The position numbers were made by a program, and so were the translations under genes. From Candidatus Sumerlaeia bacterium (GTDB lineage: Bacteria > Sumerlaeota > Sumerlaeia > SLMS01 > JANRJK01): DNA of 64,000 bases. Positions within the stretch are counted from its first letter, which is position 1. Every line of letters starts with the position of its first letter. The notes under the pieces are model-generated. The model searched no databases. It was given only the letters and a program-made list of their open reading frames with translations, and was not told the DNA's origin. Below are positions 36,929 through 46,828 of this stretch, one piece after another. The stretch is from assembly GCA_033764015.1 (NCBI GenBank), contig JANRJK010000013.1:64001-128000 (forward strand), in the 5' to 3' direction.

Positions 36929-38103
36929 GCATCGTCCTGCTGTCCGACGAGTCGCACGAGGACCCCGTGAACGGCTTCGACCTGCGCGTGTGGAACCTCC
37001 TCGCGCAGGGCGATGCGGAGCACATCGTCTTCCGCCGCAAGGGGATCGGCAGCGCGGGCGCGCCGCTCGCCGCGCGCCTCCCGTGGCGCCGCCTGGTGGT
37101 CGTGGAGGAACCCACGGAGCGCCAGCGCATCCGCCGGCGCGACGCGGTGCCCGGCGTCTTCGAGCGCCGCCACGGCACCGCGCTGGTGCAGACGATGCTG
37201 CTGTTCCGCGAGTTCGCCGCGAGAAGGGTGCGCGTGGTCGCGACGCGTCCCGGGATGGGATTGCTCTGCGCGGCGGTCGGCCCGCGGCGTTTCGTGTACG
37301 ACGGCTGCGACTCGGCCACGCTCTATCACGCTCGGAGGTCCCGCGCGCTGGCGCTCTCGCAGCCGCTCCGCGCCGCCAATAGCGCCGCATGGGCGCGCGT
37401 CTTCCGGCTCATCGAAGGGCGCGTCCTGCGCGGCTGCGCCGGGGCCGTGGTTCCTGCGGAGGCCGACGCCGCGGCGCTCCGCGGACTGGCGCCGGGGGTG
37501 CCCGTCGAAGTGGTCGGAAATGGAACCGCATGGGTGTCGGTGCCCGCTTTGGCATCGCCGACGGGGGCGCCGACGCTTGCCTTCCATGGCGGAATGGCGT
37601 TCGAGGCGACCCGCGAATCGGCGCTCTTCGTCGCGCGCGACGTATTCCCCCTCGTTCGGAAGGAGGTCCCCGAGGCGCGCTGCCTGATCCTCGGTGGACC
37701 GGTCTTCCAGGAGCTCGCGGAGGCCGCTCGCCGCCCCGGCGTCTCCGCGCCGGGCCATGTGGACGACCTGCGCGCCTCCTTGACACAGTCAACGGTCTGG
37801 TGCGCCCCCATGTTCCAGGGCGCGGGTGTGAAGACGAAGCTCCTCGAAGCGATGTCGGCGGGCCTCGCCGTGGTGTTGAACGCCCATGCTGCGGAGGCGC
37901 TCTCCCCCCGCGCCCGCGCCGCGGTGGTGATCGCGGAGGGGGCCCGCCCGATCGCGAGCGAAGTAGTGCGCCTGATGCGCGACGCCGATGCGAACGCCGC
38001 GCTCCGGCGGGAGGCGCGCGCGGTCGCGGAGTCGGAGTTCTCCTGGAGCGCCCGCGCGGCGGAGTATCGGCGATTCATCGAGGAGACCCTGGCCCTTCCA
38101 TGA
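36925..38103 (+). CDS. Glycosyltransferase family 4
   Basis: Motifs VVGNG, PMFQGAGVKTKLLEAMSAGLAVV, FSW. Confidence 0.85.
   Translation: MSIVLLSDESHEDPVNGFDLRVWNLLAQGDAEHIVFRRKGIGSAGAPLAARLPWRRLVVVEEPTERQRIRRRDAVPGVFERRHGTALVQTMLLFREFAARRVRVVATRPGMGLLCAAVGPRRFVYDGCDSATLYHARRSRALALSQPLRAANSAAWARVFRLIEGRVLRGCAGAVVPAEADAAALRGLAPGVPVEVVGNGTAWVSVPALASPTGAPTLAFHGGMAFEATRESALFVARDVFPLVRKEVPEARCLILGGPVFQELAEAARRPGVSAPGHVDDLRASLTQSTVWCAPMFQGAGVKTKLLEAMSAGLAVVLNAHAAEALSPRARAAVVIAEGARPIASEVVRLMRDADANAALRREARAVAESEFSWSARAAEYRRFIEETLALP
37780..37792. repeat. Palindromic motif TTGAC-ACA-GTCAA (intragenic)
   Basis: 16 nt (TTGACACAGTCAACGG) are identical to 39881-39896. Confidence 0.7.
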
Positions 38104-39287
38104 TCCGCGTGGCCTACGGCATCCGTCCGCATCTCGGCGGCACCTGGAGCGTGTTCGAAACGCTGCGTCCCGCGCTGGCGGCGGAAGGCGTCGACCTGCG
38201 CTGGGTGGCGGTCGGCCCATCGGCGAACCGCCCGGATTGCGGGGCGGAGTGCGGTGAGTGGATCGAGGTTGCGGATCCGTCGCGGCCGCAAGCGGGCGAA
38301 GCGCTCGTCGCCCATCTGTGCGCCAGCTACAACGCGGTGATCGCGAACATCCTCGCGGAGCGGTGGTTCCTCGCCGCGCTTCGCCACCTGCCGCCACGAC
38401 CCGCGGTGATCGGCCTCGTCCACAGCACGTCGCACGGCACGTATCGCGCCGCCCGTGCGGTGGCGCCCTGGCTCGATGCGCTGGTCTGCCCCAGCCGCCG
38501 CATGGAGGAAGACCTCCGTTCGCTGCTGCGCGGCTTCGCCGGTGCGTGGCACCGTGTCCCGCACGGCGTCGCGGACGAGTTCCTTCGTGTCCCACGGGAT
38601 GCGCCGGCGGACGGCGCGCGCCTTCGGCTCCTCTTCGCCGGGCGCCTCGAAGACGCGTCGAAGCGAGTTCTACTGCTACCGGCGGTGTTGCAGCGTCTCG
38701 CGGACCTCGGCATCGCGCACACGCTGACAATCGCCGGCGACGGCCCGGACCGGGCGCGGCTCGAGGAGTTGCTGCCGCCCGGCGCCGCGCGTTTCCTGGG
38801 CCGGGTGCCTCGCGCGGAGATGCCCGCGCTCCTCGCCCGCCACGACATCCTACTCATGCCCTCGCGGTGGGAGGGATTCCCGATGGGCCTGCTTGAAGCG
38901 ATGGCGGCCGGCTGCGTGCCGGTGTGCGCGCTCCTGAAGGGCGTGACCGACGACCTTGTGGATCAAGGCGTCGAGGGTCTGCTGCCGGCCGAGGGGTCGC
39001 CGGCGGCCTACGCGGAGGCGGTGGCGGAGCTGGCGGACCGGAAGCGGCTCGCGGCGATGTCGCAGGCGTGCCGCGTGCGCGCGGCCCGGTACACCGCCGC
39101 GCGGCAGGCGGTATGGCTCGCCGCTGCGATCCGCGCCGCCGCCGCGGACCGCCGCCGCCGCGGGCCGCTTCCCCTCCGCGACTGGGCGTTGCCCCCGGGC
39201 CTCGCGGACCACCCCGTCACTGGCCTCCTCCCGCAAGCCGCCAAGGACCTCCTGCGCGCGTGGCGCGAGCGGATGCGGCGCGGCTGA
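38100..39287 (+). CDS. Glycosyltransferase family 4
   Basis: Motifs FAGRL, AGDGP, PSRWEGFPMGLLEAMAAG. Confidence 0.87.
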   Translation: MIRVAYGIRPHLGGTWSVFETLRPALAAEGVDLRWVAVGPSANRPDCGAECGEWIEVADPSRPQAGEALVAHLCASYNAVIANILAERWFLAALRHLPPRPAVIGLVHSTSHGTYRAARAVAPWLDALVCPSRRMEEDLRSLLRGFAGAWHRVPHGVADEFLRVPRDAPADGARLRLLFAGRLEDASKRVLLLPAVLQRLADLGIAHTLTIAGDGPDRARLEELLPPGAARFLGRVPRAEMPALLARHDILLMPSRWEGFPMGLLEAMAAGCVPVCALLKGVTDDLVDQGVEGLLPAEGSPAAYAEAVAELADRKRLAAMSQACRVRAARYTAARQAVWLAAAIRAAAADRRRRGPLPLRDWALPPGLADHPVTGLLPQAAKDLLRAWRERMRRG

Positions 39288-39409
39288 CGGCGGGCGCCGC
39301 GGGACAGCACCCTCCCGTGCCCGACGGCCCCGGTCCGAGTCCTGCGAATCCCGGTGGACCCGCCCCGCTCCGCGCGCACCCTGTCGGATCGCAACGGGAT
39401 GCGAACCGC

Positions 39410-40531
39410 ATGAACGCCTTCTCCTTCCAGCTCCACGCCACCGACGGCGCCGCCCGCCGAGGAACGTTCCACACGCCCCACGGGCCTGTGGAGACGCCCT
39501 GCTTCATGCCGGTCGGCACGCGGGGCACCGTGAAGGGGATCCTTCCGCGCGACCTGAAGGCGATGGGCGCGCACATGATCCTCGCCAACACCTTCCACCT
39601 GCATCTGCGCCCCGGGGAGGAGACCGTCGAGCGCCTCGGCGGCCTCCACGGGTTCATGCGCTACGACGGGCCGATCCTCACCGATTCCGGCGGGTTCCAG
39701 GTGTGGTCGCTCGCGGAGCTGCGCAAGATCGGCGAGGACGGCGTGCGGTTCCGCTCGCCGATCGACGGCGCGCCGCTCTTCCTCTCGCCGGAGCGCTCCA
39801 TGGAGATCCAGCGCGCGCTCGGAGCGAACGTCGTGATGGCCTTCGACGAGTGCCCCTCCGCGGACCTGCGCGGCGAGTCGTTGACACAGTCAACGGACCT
39901 CACGCTCCGCTGGCTGGACCGCTGCCTCTCGGTCGCGCTCAAGCCGCACCAGACGCTCTTCCCCATCGTGCAGGGAGGCATGGACCCGGAGCTGCGCGCA
40001 TCGAGCGCGCGGCGCACGCTCGCCATCGCTCCCGCCGCCGCGGGCTACGCGGTCGGCGGCCTCGCGGTCGGCGAGCCCAAGGAAACCACCTACCGGATGC
40101 TGCAGGCGAGCGTCGCGGAACTGCCCGCCGGGCGCCCCCGCTACATGATGGGCATCGGCACCCCGGAGGACCTCGTCCTCGCGGTGGACCGCGGAGTGGA
40201 CCTGTTCGACTGCGTGCTCCCCACGCGGAATGCGCGGAACGCGAAGGTGTTCTCCTCCGCGGGGCCGCTCAACCTGCGCAACGCGAAGTGGGCGGACGAC
40301 CCGTCGCCCATCGATCCCGCCTGCGACTGCGAGGCGTGCGCGCAGGGCTTCTCGCGCGGGTACCTGCGGCACCTGCAACTGCAGGACGAGATGCTCGGCG
40401 GCATCCTGTGCTCGCTCCACAACCTGCGGACGCTCATCCGCCAGTGCGAGGAGATGCGCGCCGCCATCGTCGAGCGCCGCTGGGAGTCGTGGAAGTCGGC
40501 TTTCTTCGAAGGACGCCCGGCTCCCTTCTGA
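39410..40531 (+). CDS. tgt: Queuine tRNA-ribosyltransferase
   Basis: Motifs FMPVGT, ANTFHL, TDSGGFQV, FDEC, VQGG, GGLAVGE, DCVLPTRNARN, Zn site CDCEAC...HN. Confidence 0.96.
   Translation: MNAFSFQLHATDGAARRGTFHTPHGPVETPCFMPVGTRGTVKGILPRDLKAMGAHMILANTFHLHLRPGEETVERLGGLHGFMRYDGPILTDSGGFQVWSLAELRKIGEDGVRFRSPIDGAPLFLSPERSMEIQRALGANVVMAFDECPSADLRGESLTQSTDLTLRWLDRCLSVALKPHQTLFPIVQGGMDPELRASSARRTLAIAPAAAGYAVGGLAVGEPKETTYRMLQASVAELPAGRPRYMMGIGTPEDLVLAVDRGVDLFDCVLPTRNARNAKVFSSAGPLNLRNAKWADDPSPIDPACDCEACAQGFSRGYLRHLQLQDEMLGGILCSLHNLRTLIRQCEEMRAAIVERRWESWKSAFFEGRPAPF
39881..39893. repeat. Palindromic motif TTGAC-ACA-GTCAA (intragenic)
   Basis: Extends to CGTTGAC-ACA-GTCAACG within tgt. Confidence 0.7.
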
Positions 40532-40541
40532 GGCCGCGGCC

Positions 40542-41207
40542 TCAGCCCTCGATCGGGTGCCGCAGGTAGACCGGCGCCGCGCTGGCGGGATCGGCCCACT
40601 CGCCGCGTGCCGCTCGTTCCGAGGCCAGCAGCGCGGTCAGCGCCGGCGACACGATCCGCCGCTCTTCGCTCGCCAGCCGCATCCCCGGCAGTGAACCGCC
40701 AACGCCTTCGACCAGCGCGCCTTCGCCGCACGCGATGAGCGGACCCGCCGCGAAGCCGCCGAGGTGCGCCGCGACCGCGTCCGGCGCGGCGCAGAACGGC
40801 GGCGACAGCGGCTCGCGCCCGTCCGGCCCGAAGAGCGCACCGTAGACCTCGCCGCGGCGCGCGTCGAGAAGCGCCAGGACCGGAGCGCTGCCGTCGCGCG
40901 CGCCCGACGCCATCACCGCGAACGTGTCCACCGTCACGAGGCGCTTACCCGTGGCGAACGCGAACGCCTTCGCATGGGTCAGCGAGATGCGCACTCCGGT
41001 GAAGCTGCCGGGACCGTGGCTTGCTGCGAACACATCGATGTCGCCCCAGCCGAGGCCCTCGACCTCGAGGAGCTGGCGCGCGAGGTCGAGCACGAGTCGG
41101 CTGTGGTGGCGCATCGCGCGGATCGCGAGGCACCCCGCCAGGCGGCCGCCGCGCAGCAGCGCCACGCCGCCGCTCGGTGTGGCGGTTTCGAAGGCGAGCA
41201 GGTTCAC
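40542..41207 (-). CDS. tsaB: tRNA t6A biosynthesis protein TsaB
   Basis: Motifs LLAFETAT, HS, GPGSFTGVRI, DARRGEVY, PVYLR. GTGA overlap. Confidence 0.92.
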   Translation of the reverse strand: MNLLAFETATPSGGVALLRGGRLAGCLAIRAMRHHSRLVLDLARQLLEVEGLGWGDIDVFAASHGPGSFTGVRISLTHAKAFAFATGKRLVTVDTFAVMASGARDGSAPVLALLDARRGEVYGALFGPDGREPLSPPFCAAPDAVAAHLGGFAAGPLIACGEGALVEGVGGSLPGMRLASEERRIVSPALTALLASERAARGEWADPASAAPVYLRHPIEG

Positions 41208-42235
41208 GCGGGCACCCCCTGGGCCGCGTATGCCATCGCCGCGAGCGGCACGCCCCGGCGGCGGGCGAGCGATGCGTCCCGCGACTCCGCCCCGGCGGGG
41301 GAGAGCCGCACGCGCAGCGCGTCCGGCGGCAGCGCGCCGGGGAACAGGTCCGCCCACTCGACCACGACGAGCGCGTTCCCGCGCGCGTCGAAGCCCGCGC
41401 TCTCCAGCTCGTCCTCCGAGCCGAGGCGGTAGAAGTCCCAATGGGCGATCTCGAGGCCCGGGGCTCGGTACTCGCGGCACAGCGTATAGGTGGGGCTGGG
41501 GATCGGGCCTTCCACCCCGAGCGCGTGGAGGAGCGCGCGGGCGAACTCGGACTTTCCCGCGCCGAGCGGGCCCTCGAGCGCGACCACGCCGCCGCGGCGC
41601 ACCGCGGGCGCGAGCGCCGCCGCCAGCGCCCGGGTCGCCTTGACCGAGTCGAGGCGGAGATTGAGGGATTCCGGAACCGGGCCGACCCGTGCGGGGAAGC
41701 TGCCGGCGGGGGGCAGCCGCCGAAGCGTCGGCTCGATCGCGCGGCCAGCCTCCGACGGCTCCGGAGCGGAAAGGCGCGAGCAGCCCGCCAGAGCGAGGAC
41801 CTCCCCCAGCGGCGCGTAGACGAATGGCCGGTCCGCGATGTGCGGATGCGGCAGCCGCAGCTCGTCCGCGGCGGACTCCGCCCCTTCGTAGAGCAGCAGG
41901 TCGAGATCGATCACGCGCGGGCCCCAGCGGCGCACCGGGCGCTTGCCCATGCGCGCTTCGACCGCCTGCGCGGCGACGAGGAGCCGCCCGGGCGGGAGCT
42001 GCGTCTCCCCCAGCAGCACGGCGTTGCGGAACTCGCCCTGGTCCGGATCGCCCCAAGGCGGCGAGGCGTAGAGCGAGGAGAGTGCGAGGGGACTTACCCC
42101 GGCCATGCCCACCAGCAGCTCGACCGCGGTGGCCAGCTCCATCTCCGCATCGCCCAGATTGCCGCCGATACCGATGGCGACGACGCGGGGCGCGTCCGGC
42201 GGGGCGTTCGCGGTCGTGGGAGGTCCGGAGGTCAT
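41204..42235 (-). CDS. folK-tsaE: FolK (HPPK)-TsaE fusion protein
   Basis: N-terminal half: GIGGNLG, DQGEFRNAV, RWGPRVIDLDLL, PHP...RPFV. C-terminal half: EGPLGAGKS, SPTYTL, HWDFYRL, VEW. Confidence 0.88.
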   Translation of the reverse strand: MTSGPPTTANAPPDAPRVVAIGIGGNLGDAEMELATAVELLVGMAGVSPLALSSLYASPPWGDPDQGEFRNAVLLGETQLPPGRLLVAAQAVEARMGKRPVRRWGPRVIDLDLLLYEGAESAADELRLPHPHIADRPFVYAPLGEVLALAGCSRLSAPEPSEAGRAIEPTLRRLPPAGSFPARVGPVPESLNLRLDSVKATRALAAALAPAVRRGGVVALEGPLGAGKSEFARALLHALGVEGPIPSPTYTLCREYRAPGLEIAHWDFYRLGSEDELESAGFDARGNALVVVEWADLFPGALPPDALRVRLSPAGAESRDASLARRRGVPLAAMAYAAQGVPA

Positions 42236-42406
42236 CGTGCGCCGCCCCTCCTCGCGGAAGCGGAGCGGGATTGTGGCGCGCGCCGGTGGGCGCGAGTGAA
42301 GAGGAACCTCGCGCGACCGCTTTCGCTTGGCCCACCGGTGCCTGCGGCCACTTGCTTCGGAATGCGGTTCCGAACCGCTCCAAACATGCAGCTAAAGGGG
42401 TTGACC

Positions 42407-45007
42407 ATGGGCCTTCGCCGCCGTCTCCGCCATTCCACCCGGTATCCGCTCGCCGCGCTCGCCTTCGGCGCGACGCTCGCCGCGAGCGGCTGCGCGACCC
42501 TCCGCGGCGGCGAGGGATCCAGCGGAGTGCCCGACGGCAAGGTGCGGGTCCACTACTTCCGCTACGACGGGCAGCAGGACGCCGCGACCCTGTGGACGTG
42601 GGACCTCCGCGGCGGCAAGGCGCCCGAGCCCGGCGAGGTCGAGCCCACCGGCACCGACGACTTCGGCGTCTACTTCGACCTGGACCTCTCCGCCTACGGA
42701 CCCGACGACGGCCCGGGCGAGCGCATCGGCTTCCTCCCCCGGCTCAACAAGGACTGGAACCTGCGCGACGGCAGCGACCGCGAGTGGAACACGCGCATGC
42801 CGCGCTCCATCTGGCTCATCGGCAACGATCCGAAGCTGTACACGGAACGCCCCGAAACCTCGCCGGTGGTTTTCTCGGCGAACGTCGATTCCCCTCGCGA
42901 GCTGACGCTCAAGCTCTCGCACCCGGTCGCCGCCTACCTGATCTCGCCGGAGCGCGTCACCGTGCGCGAGGCCGGCGGGCGGCGCGTTCCCGTCGCCTCC
43001 GTGACCCCCACGGACGAGGGCGCCTCGCACACCAGCTTCCTCAAGGTCGCCACCTCGCAGGACCTCGACTTGGACGGCGACGCCTACACGGTTTCTCTCG
43101 AAGGCTACCGGAGCACCGAAACGACGCTCCGGAACGTGATGTTCGACGCCTCGCTCTTCGGCACCGACGAACCCATGGGCGCCCTGTACACGCCGGAGGC
43201 GACCACGTTCCGCTTCTTCTCGCCGCAGGCCGTCGACGCGGATGTGGTGCTCTACGACGACCGCGACATGACGCGGGGCCGCCGCGTGGTACAGATGGCG
43301 AACCTCGGGCGCGGCGTCTGGGAAGCGACGGTCCGCGGCGACCTCGAAGGGAAGCACTACCGGCTTTCCGTCGAAACCACGCGCTACGGCCGCCGCGAGT
43401 TCATCGACCCCATGGCCACCAACACCACCGGCGACGGGTCCGCCGCGCGCATCACCGACCTGCGCGCCACCGACCCGCCGGGCTTCCGCCCGATCCAACG
43501 CCCCGACTTCGGCTCCTCGCCGGTCGACGCGGTGATCTACCAACTCCATGTCCGCGACTTCACCGTCAGCCCGACCTCCGGAGTGCCGGAGGAAATCGCC
43601 GGCAAGTACACCGGCTTCGTCCACCCCGGCGCCACGCTCCCCGGCAACCCGCTCATCAAGACGGGCCTCGACCACCTCGTCGAGCTCGGCGTCACGCACG
43701 TCCAGTTCATGCCGTTCCAGGACTTCGACAACGACGAGGACAACCCCGACTACAGCTGGGGCTACATGACGTCCTTCTTCGAGTCGCCGGATGGCTGGTT
43801 CGCGACCGAGTTCCGCGACGAGACGAAGCTCCGCGAAACGAAGGAGATGATCCACGGCCTCAAGGAGCGGAACATCGGCGCGATCCTCGACGTGGTCTAC
43901 AACCACACGGGCACGCAGGCCACGTTCGAATTGGGCGCCCCGGGCTACTACCTCCGCATGCGCGACGACGGCTCCTTCTGGAACGGCTCCGGCACCGGCA
44001 ACGAGTTCCGCAGCGAGTCGCCGATGGCGCGCCGCTACCTCATCGACTCCTGCAAGTACTGGGTGGAGGAGTTCGGCATCGACGGCTTCCGCTTCGACCT
44101 GATGGGGCTGATCGACCTCGAGACGATGACGCAGCTCAAGGAGGAGCTGGAGGCCATCTACCCCGGCATCATCATCTACGGCGAGCCTTGGGCCGCCGGC
44201 CCCTCGGGAATCGAGCAGATCGTCGACAAGAACGTGGTCCGGGGCACCGGCCTCGCCGCCTTCAACGACCACATCCGCGACGCCATCAAGGGGTCGACCA
44301 ACGGCGACGATCCCGCCTACATCCAGACCGGCGCGCGCCGCGACGACGTGGTGCTCGGAATCGCCGGAGCCATCGACGACTGGTCCGCATCGCCCGAGGA
44401 GTCGATCAACTACTGCGCGATCCACGACAACCTCGACCTTTGGGACAAGCTCGAGGTCTCCGCCCCGGGCACCTCCGAGGAGGAGCGCATGCGCATGGTC
44501 AAGCTGGCCGGCGCCATCCTCGGCACGTCGCAGGGCATCATGGTGCTGCACGGCGGCATGGACTTCTGCCGCTACAAGTTCCAGGACCACAACAGCTACG
44601 CCAGCGGCGACCGCATCAACAAGATCGACTGGACGCGCAAGGAGACTTACCTCCCGGTGAACGAGTTCTTCCGCTCGGTCATCGACATCCGCCGCAGCCA
44701 CCCGATGTTCCGCCTTCGCACCGCGGACGACGTCCGCAAGCGCCTGCGCTTCCACCACGAAAACCTCCCGGAGCCCACCGCCATCGTGTACTCCCTCGAT
44801 GGTTCGGACCTCCCGGGCGAGACGTGGCGCCGCGCCGCCGTGTTCCTCAACCCGTCGACGAAGGACGTGACGTTCAAGATCCCCTTCGCCGGCGAGGCGG
44901 ACGCGTTCATCCACGATGGCAAGGCGAGCGCCGGCGAGCCGCTGGCAACCGTCACCGGCACCGTTACGGTCCCCGCGCGGAGCGCGACGCTCCTCGCGCA
45001 GCGCTGA
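42407..45007 (+). CDS. pulA: Type I pullulanase (GH13) lipoprotein with N-terminal CBM41-like domain
   Basis: Lipobox LAASGC. Motifs VHYFRYDG, DDFGVY, IYQLHVRDF, YSWGY, DVVYNHT, DGFRFDLMG, YGEPW, IHDN, HNSY. Confidence 0.88.
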   Translation: MGLRRRLRHSTRYPLAALAFGATLAASGCATLRGGEGSSGVPDGKVRVHYFRYDGQQDAATLWTWDLRGGKAPEPGEVEPTGTDDFGVYFDLDLSAYGPDDGPGERIGFLPRLNKDWNLRDGSDREWNTRMPRSIWLIGNDPKLYTERPETSPVVFSANVDSPRELTLKLSHPVAAYLISPERVTVREAGGRRVPVASVTPTDEGASHTSFLKVATSQDLDLDGDAYTVSLEGYRSTETTLRNVMFDASLFGTDEPMGALYTPEATTFRFFSPQAVDADVVLYDDRDMTRGRRVVQMANLGRGVWEATVRGDLEGKHYRLSVETTRYGRREFIDPMATNTTGDGSAARITDLRATDPPGFRPIQRPDFGSSPVDAVIYQLHVRDFTVSPTSGVPEEIAGKYTGFVHPGATLPGNPLIKTGLDHLVELGVTHVQFMPFQDFDNDEDNPDYSWGYMTSFFESPDGWFATEFRDETKLRETKEMIHGLKERNIGAILDVVYNHTGTQATFELGAPGYYLRMRDDGSFWNGSGTGNEFRSESPMARRYLIDSCKYWVEEFGIDGFRFDLMGLIDLETMTQLKEELEAIYPGIIIYGEPWAAGPSGIEQIVDKNVVRGTGLAAFNDHIRDAIKGSTNGDDPAYIQTGARRDDVVLGIAGAIDDWSASPEESINYCAIHDNLDLWDKLEVSAPGTSEEERMRMVKLAGAILGTSQGIMVLHGGMDFCRYKFQDHNSYASGDRINKIDWTRKETYLPVNEFFRSVIDIRRSHPMFRLRTADDVRKRLRFHHENLPEPTAIVYSLDGSDLPGETWRRAAVFLNPSTKDVTFKIPFAGEADAFIHDGKASAGEPLATVTGTVTVPARSATLLAQR

Positions 45008-45011
45008 TCCC

Positions 45012-45962
45012 TTAGCCCCGCCGCAGGCGCCCGAGCCCCAGCAGGTAGGCCCGGCGCGCCAGCGGCGCGGGCAGCAGCGACATCGCCGCGAAGTAGAGGT
45101 CCCGCGCGGTGGGCGGCCACTTCCCGGCCGCGCCCAGGAAGCCTTCGCGCCAACCCGGCGAGCCCCGGAACAGCAGATGGACCGCGTGCTTGGACCGGTG
45201 CAGCAGCTCGGCGTTGCGGCAAAGGCGCGCCGCCGCACCAAGCCTCCGCCACTTCTCCACCACCGCGAGCTGGCGCCCCAACTCCCGGTCGCCCGCCTTG
45301 CTGATGCCCCCGGGGTGCAGGCGGTAACCGCCGAGCACCTTCGGCACGTACACCGGCTCCTCGACCAGTGCCAGCCGCAGGCAGAGGTCCAGGTCCTCCA
45401 CAAGCTCGCCCTCGTCGAAAGCGCGCGACAGGTCCCCGGCGGGGGAGACCTCGGCGAGCAGGTCCCGACGGACCACCGTGGTGAGGATAGGGATGCCTTC
45501 GACCCCGAGCAGGCGCGGAGCGAGCGGCGCCGGTGGCCTCCAGCCGCGAGGGAACCACACGCCACCAACGAGTTCCCCGTCGTCGCCCAGCACGCGCACG
45601 TTGGCGAAGCCCCACCGCTTAGCGCTCCGGTCGAGGGCCTTGAGCATCGTGGAGAGGTGGCCGGGCGCCCAGAGGTCGTCCGCGTCCTGCCAGGCGATCC
45701 AGCGCCCGCGCGCGTGCGCGAGCGCCCGGTTGCGGCCGACCGCCGGCCTACCGGCGTGCTCCCCCGCGACCACGGAGATCCTCGGGTCCGCCCCCGCGGC
45801 GGCGCGGAGCAGCTCGAGCGTGCCATCCGACGAGCCGTCGTCGGCGACGATCCACTCCCAGTCGCCGAGCGTCTGCGCCCGCACCGACCGGATCGTGGCC
45901 GGCAGGAAGCGCTCCGCGTTGTAGGCGGGCGTGATGATCGAAACAAGCGGGGCGGCGTTCAT
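45012..45962 (-). CDS. Glycosyltransferase family 2
   Basis: Motifs VSIITPAYN, DDGSSDGT, RN, QDADD, EDLDL. Confidence 0.88.
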   Translation of the reverse strand: MNAAPLVSIITPAYNAERFLPATIRSVRAQTLGDWEWIVADDGSSDGTLELLRAAAGADPRISVVAGEHAGRPAVGRNRALAHARGRWIAWQDADDLWAPGHLSTMLKALDRSAKRWGFANVRVLGDDGELVGGVWFPRGWRPPAPLAPRLLGVEGIPILTTVVRRDLLAEVSPAGDLSRAFDEGELVEDLDLCLRLALVEEPVYVPKVLGGYRLHPGGISKAGDRELGRQLAVVEKWRRLGAAARLCRNAELLHRSKHAVHLLFRGSPGWREGFLGAAGKWPPTARDLYFAAMSLLPAPLARRAYLLGLGRLRRG

Positions 45963-46081
45963 CGGGGAGCGACCGTGCCCGCTCCGGCCGCGGGGCGAAA
46001 CGCCAAAGCGCGAATCGGCTTGCGGCGACCGGCGCGTCCTTCCACAAGTCCCCCCATCCCATCCCCCGCAGCGAGCCGCCG

Positions 46082-46828
46082 ATGCGCCGTTTCGAGGCCA
46101 ACCTCTACAGCCCCGCCGTCGGGCGCCACCTCCCCGTCATGGTCTACGGCCATTTCGGCGTGCCCATCGTCGTCTTCCCTTCCATGAGCTCCTCGCACCG
46201 CGAGTGGGAGGACCAAGGCATGATCCACGTCCTCCACCGCTGGATCGAGGCCGGCAAGTGCAAGATCTACGTGACGCAGTCGATCGAGTGGGAGGCGTGG
46301 ATGAACTGGAACGCGCCGCCCCAGTGGCGCGCGCACCGGGCTCTGCACTTCTACGACTACATCCTCAACCAGCTCGTCCCCTTCGTGCGGGAGGACTGCC
46401 AAGACCCCGGCGCGCGCCCCACGGCGAGCGGCGTCAGCGTCGGCGCGCTCCACGCCGCGAACTGCGTCCTCAAGTACCCGCAGCTCTTCAGCCGCTGCCT
46501 CGGCTTCAGCGGACGCTACGACCTCGGGCCGTGGTTCGACGGCTTCTACAACGACGACGTCTACCGGCACGATCCCCTCGCCTACGCCCCCAACCTCGAG
46601 GGCGGGCACCTCGACTACCTGCGCCAGAACGCCCACCTCACGCTGGTCGTCGGACAGGGCGACCACGAAGGGAGCTGCCCCGACCAGGCGCGCCGCCTCG
46701 GCCAGGTCCTCACCCAGAAAGGCATCCCGAACTGGACAGACGTTTGGGGACACGACTCCGCCCACCAGTGGAACTGGTGGCAGCGCCAAGCGGTCTACCA
46801 CTTCGAGAAGTGGCTCGGTCCGGCCTGA
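46082..46828 (+). CDS. Putative esterase (alpha/beta fold)
   Basis: Motifs YGHFGVPIVVFPS, GVSVGA elbow, SGRYD, DVWGHDSAHQWNWW. Confidence 0.8.
   Translation: MRRFEANLYSPAVGRHLPVMVYGHFGVPIVVFPSMSSSHREWEDQGMIHVLHRWIEAGKCKIYVTQSIEWEAWMNWNAPPQWRAHRALHFYDYILNQLVPFVREDCQDPGARPTASGVSVGALHAANCVLKYPQLFSRCLGFSGRYDLGPWFDGFYNDDVYRHDPLAYAPNLEGGHLDYLRQNAHLTLVVGQGDHEGSCPDQARRLGQVLTQKGIPNWTDVWGHDSAHQWNWWQRQAVYHFEKWLGPA

Noticed and set aside
41640..41652. TTGAC-CGA-GTCGA as another copy of the palindromic motif
   Set aside because: One mismatch, but it is built from common codons (CTC GAC TCG GTC AAG), so it is plausibly chance.
41021..42406. N-terminal extension making the pullulanase 1328 aa
   Set aside because: It overlaps folK-tsaE and tsaB on the other strand. 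The ATG at 42407 has an RBS-like AAGGGG and a lipoprotein signal.
42392..45946. Very long antisense/alternate-frame ORFs (1184 aa here, 1108 aa at 41689, 858 aa at 17657, 797 aa at 57688 and others)
   Set aside because: Shadow ORFs typical of high-GC DNA. They are Arg/Ala/Gly-rich or mirror real genes and have no motifs.
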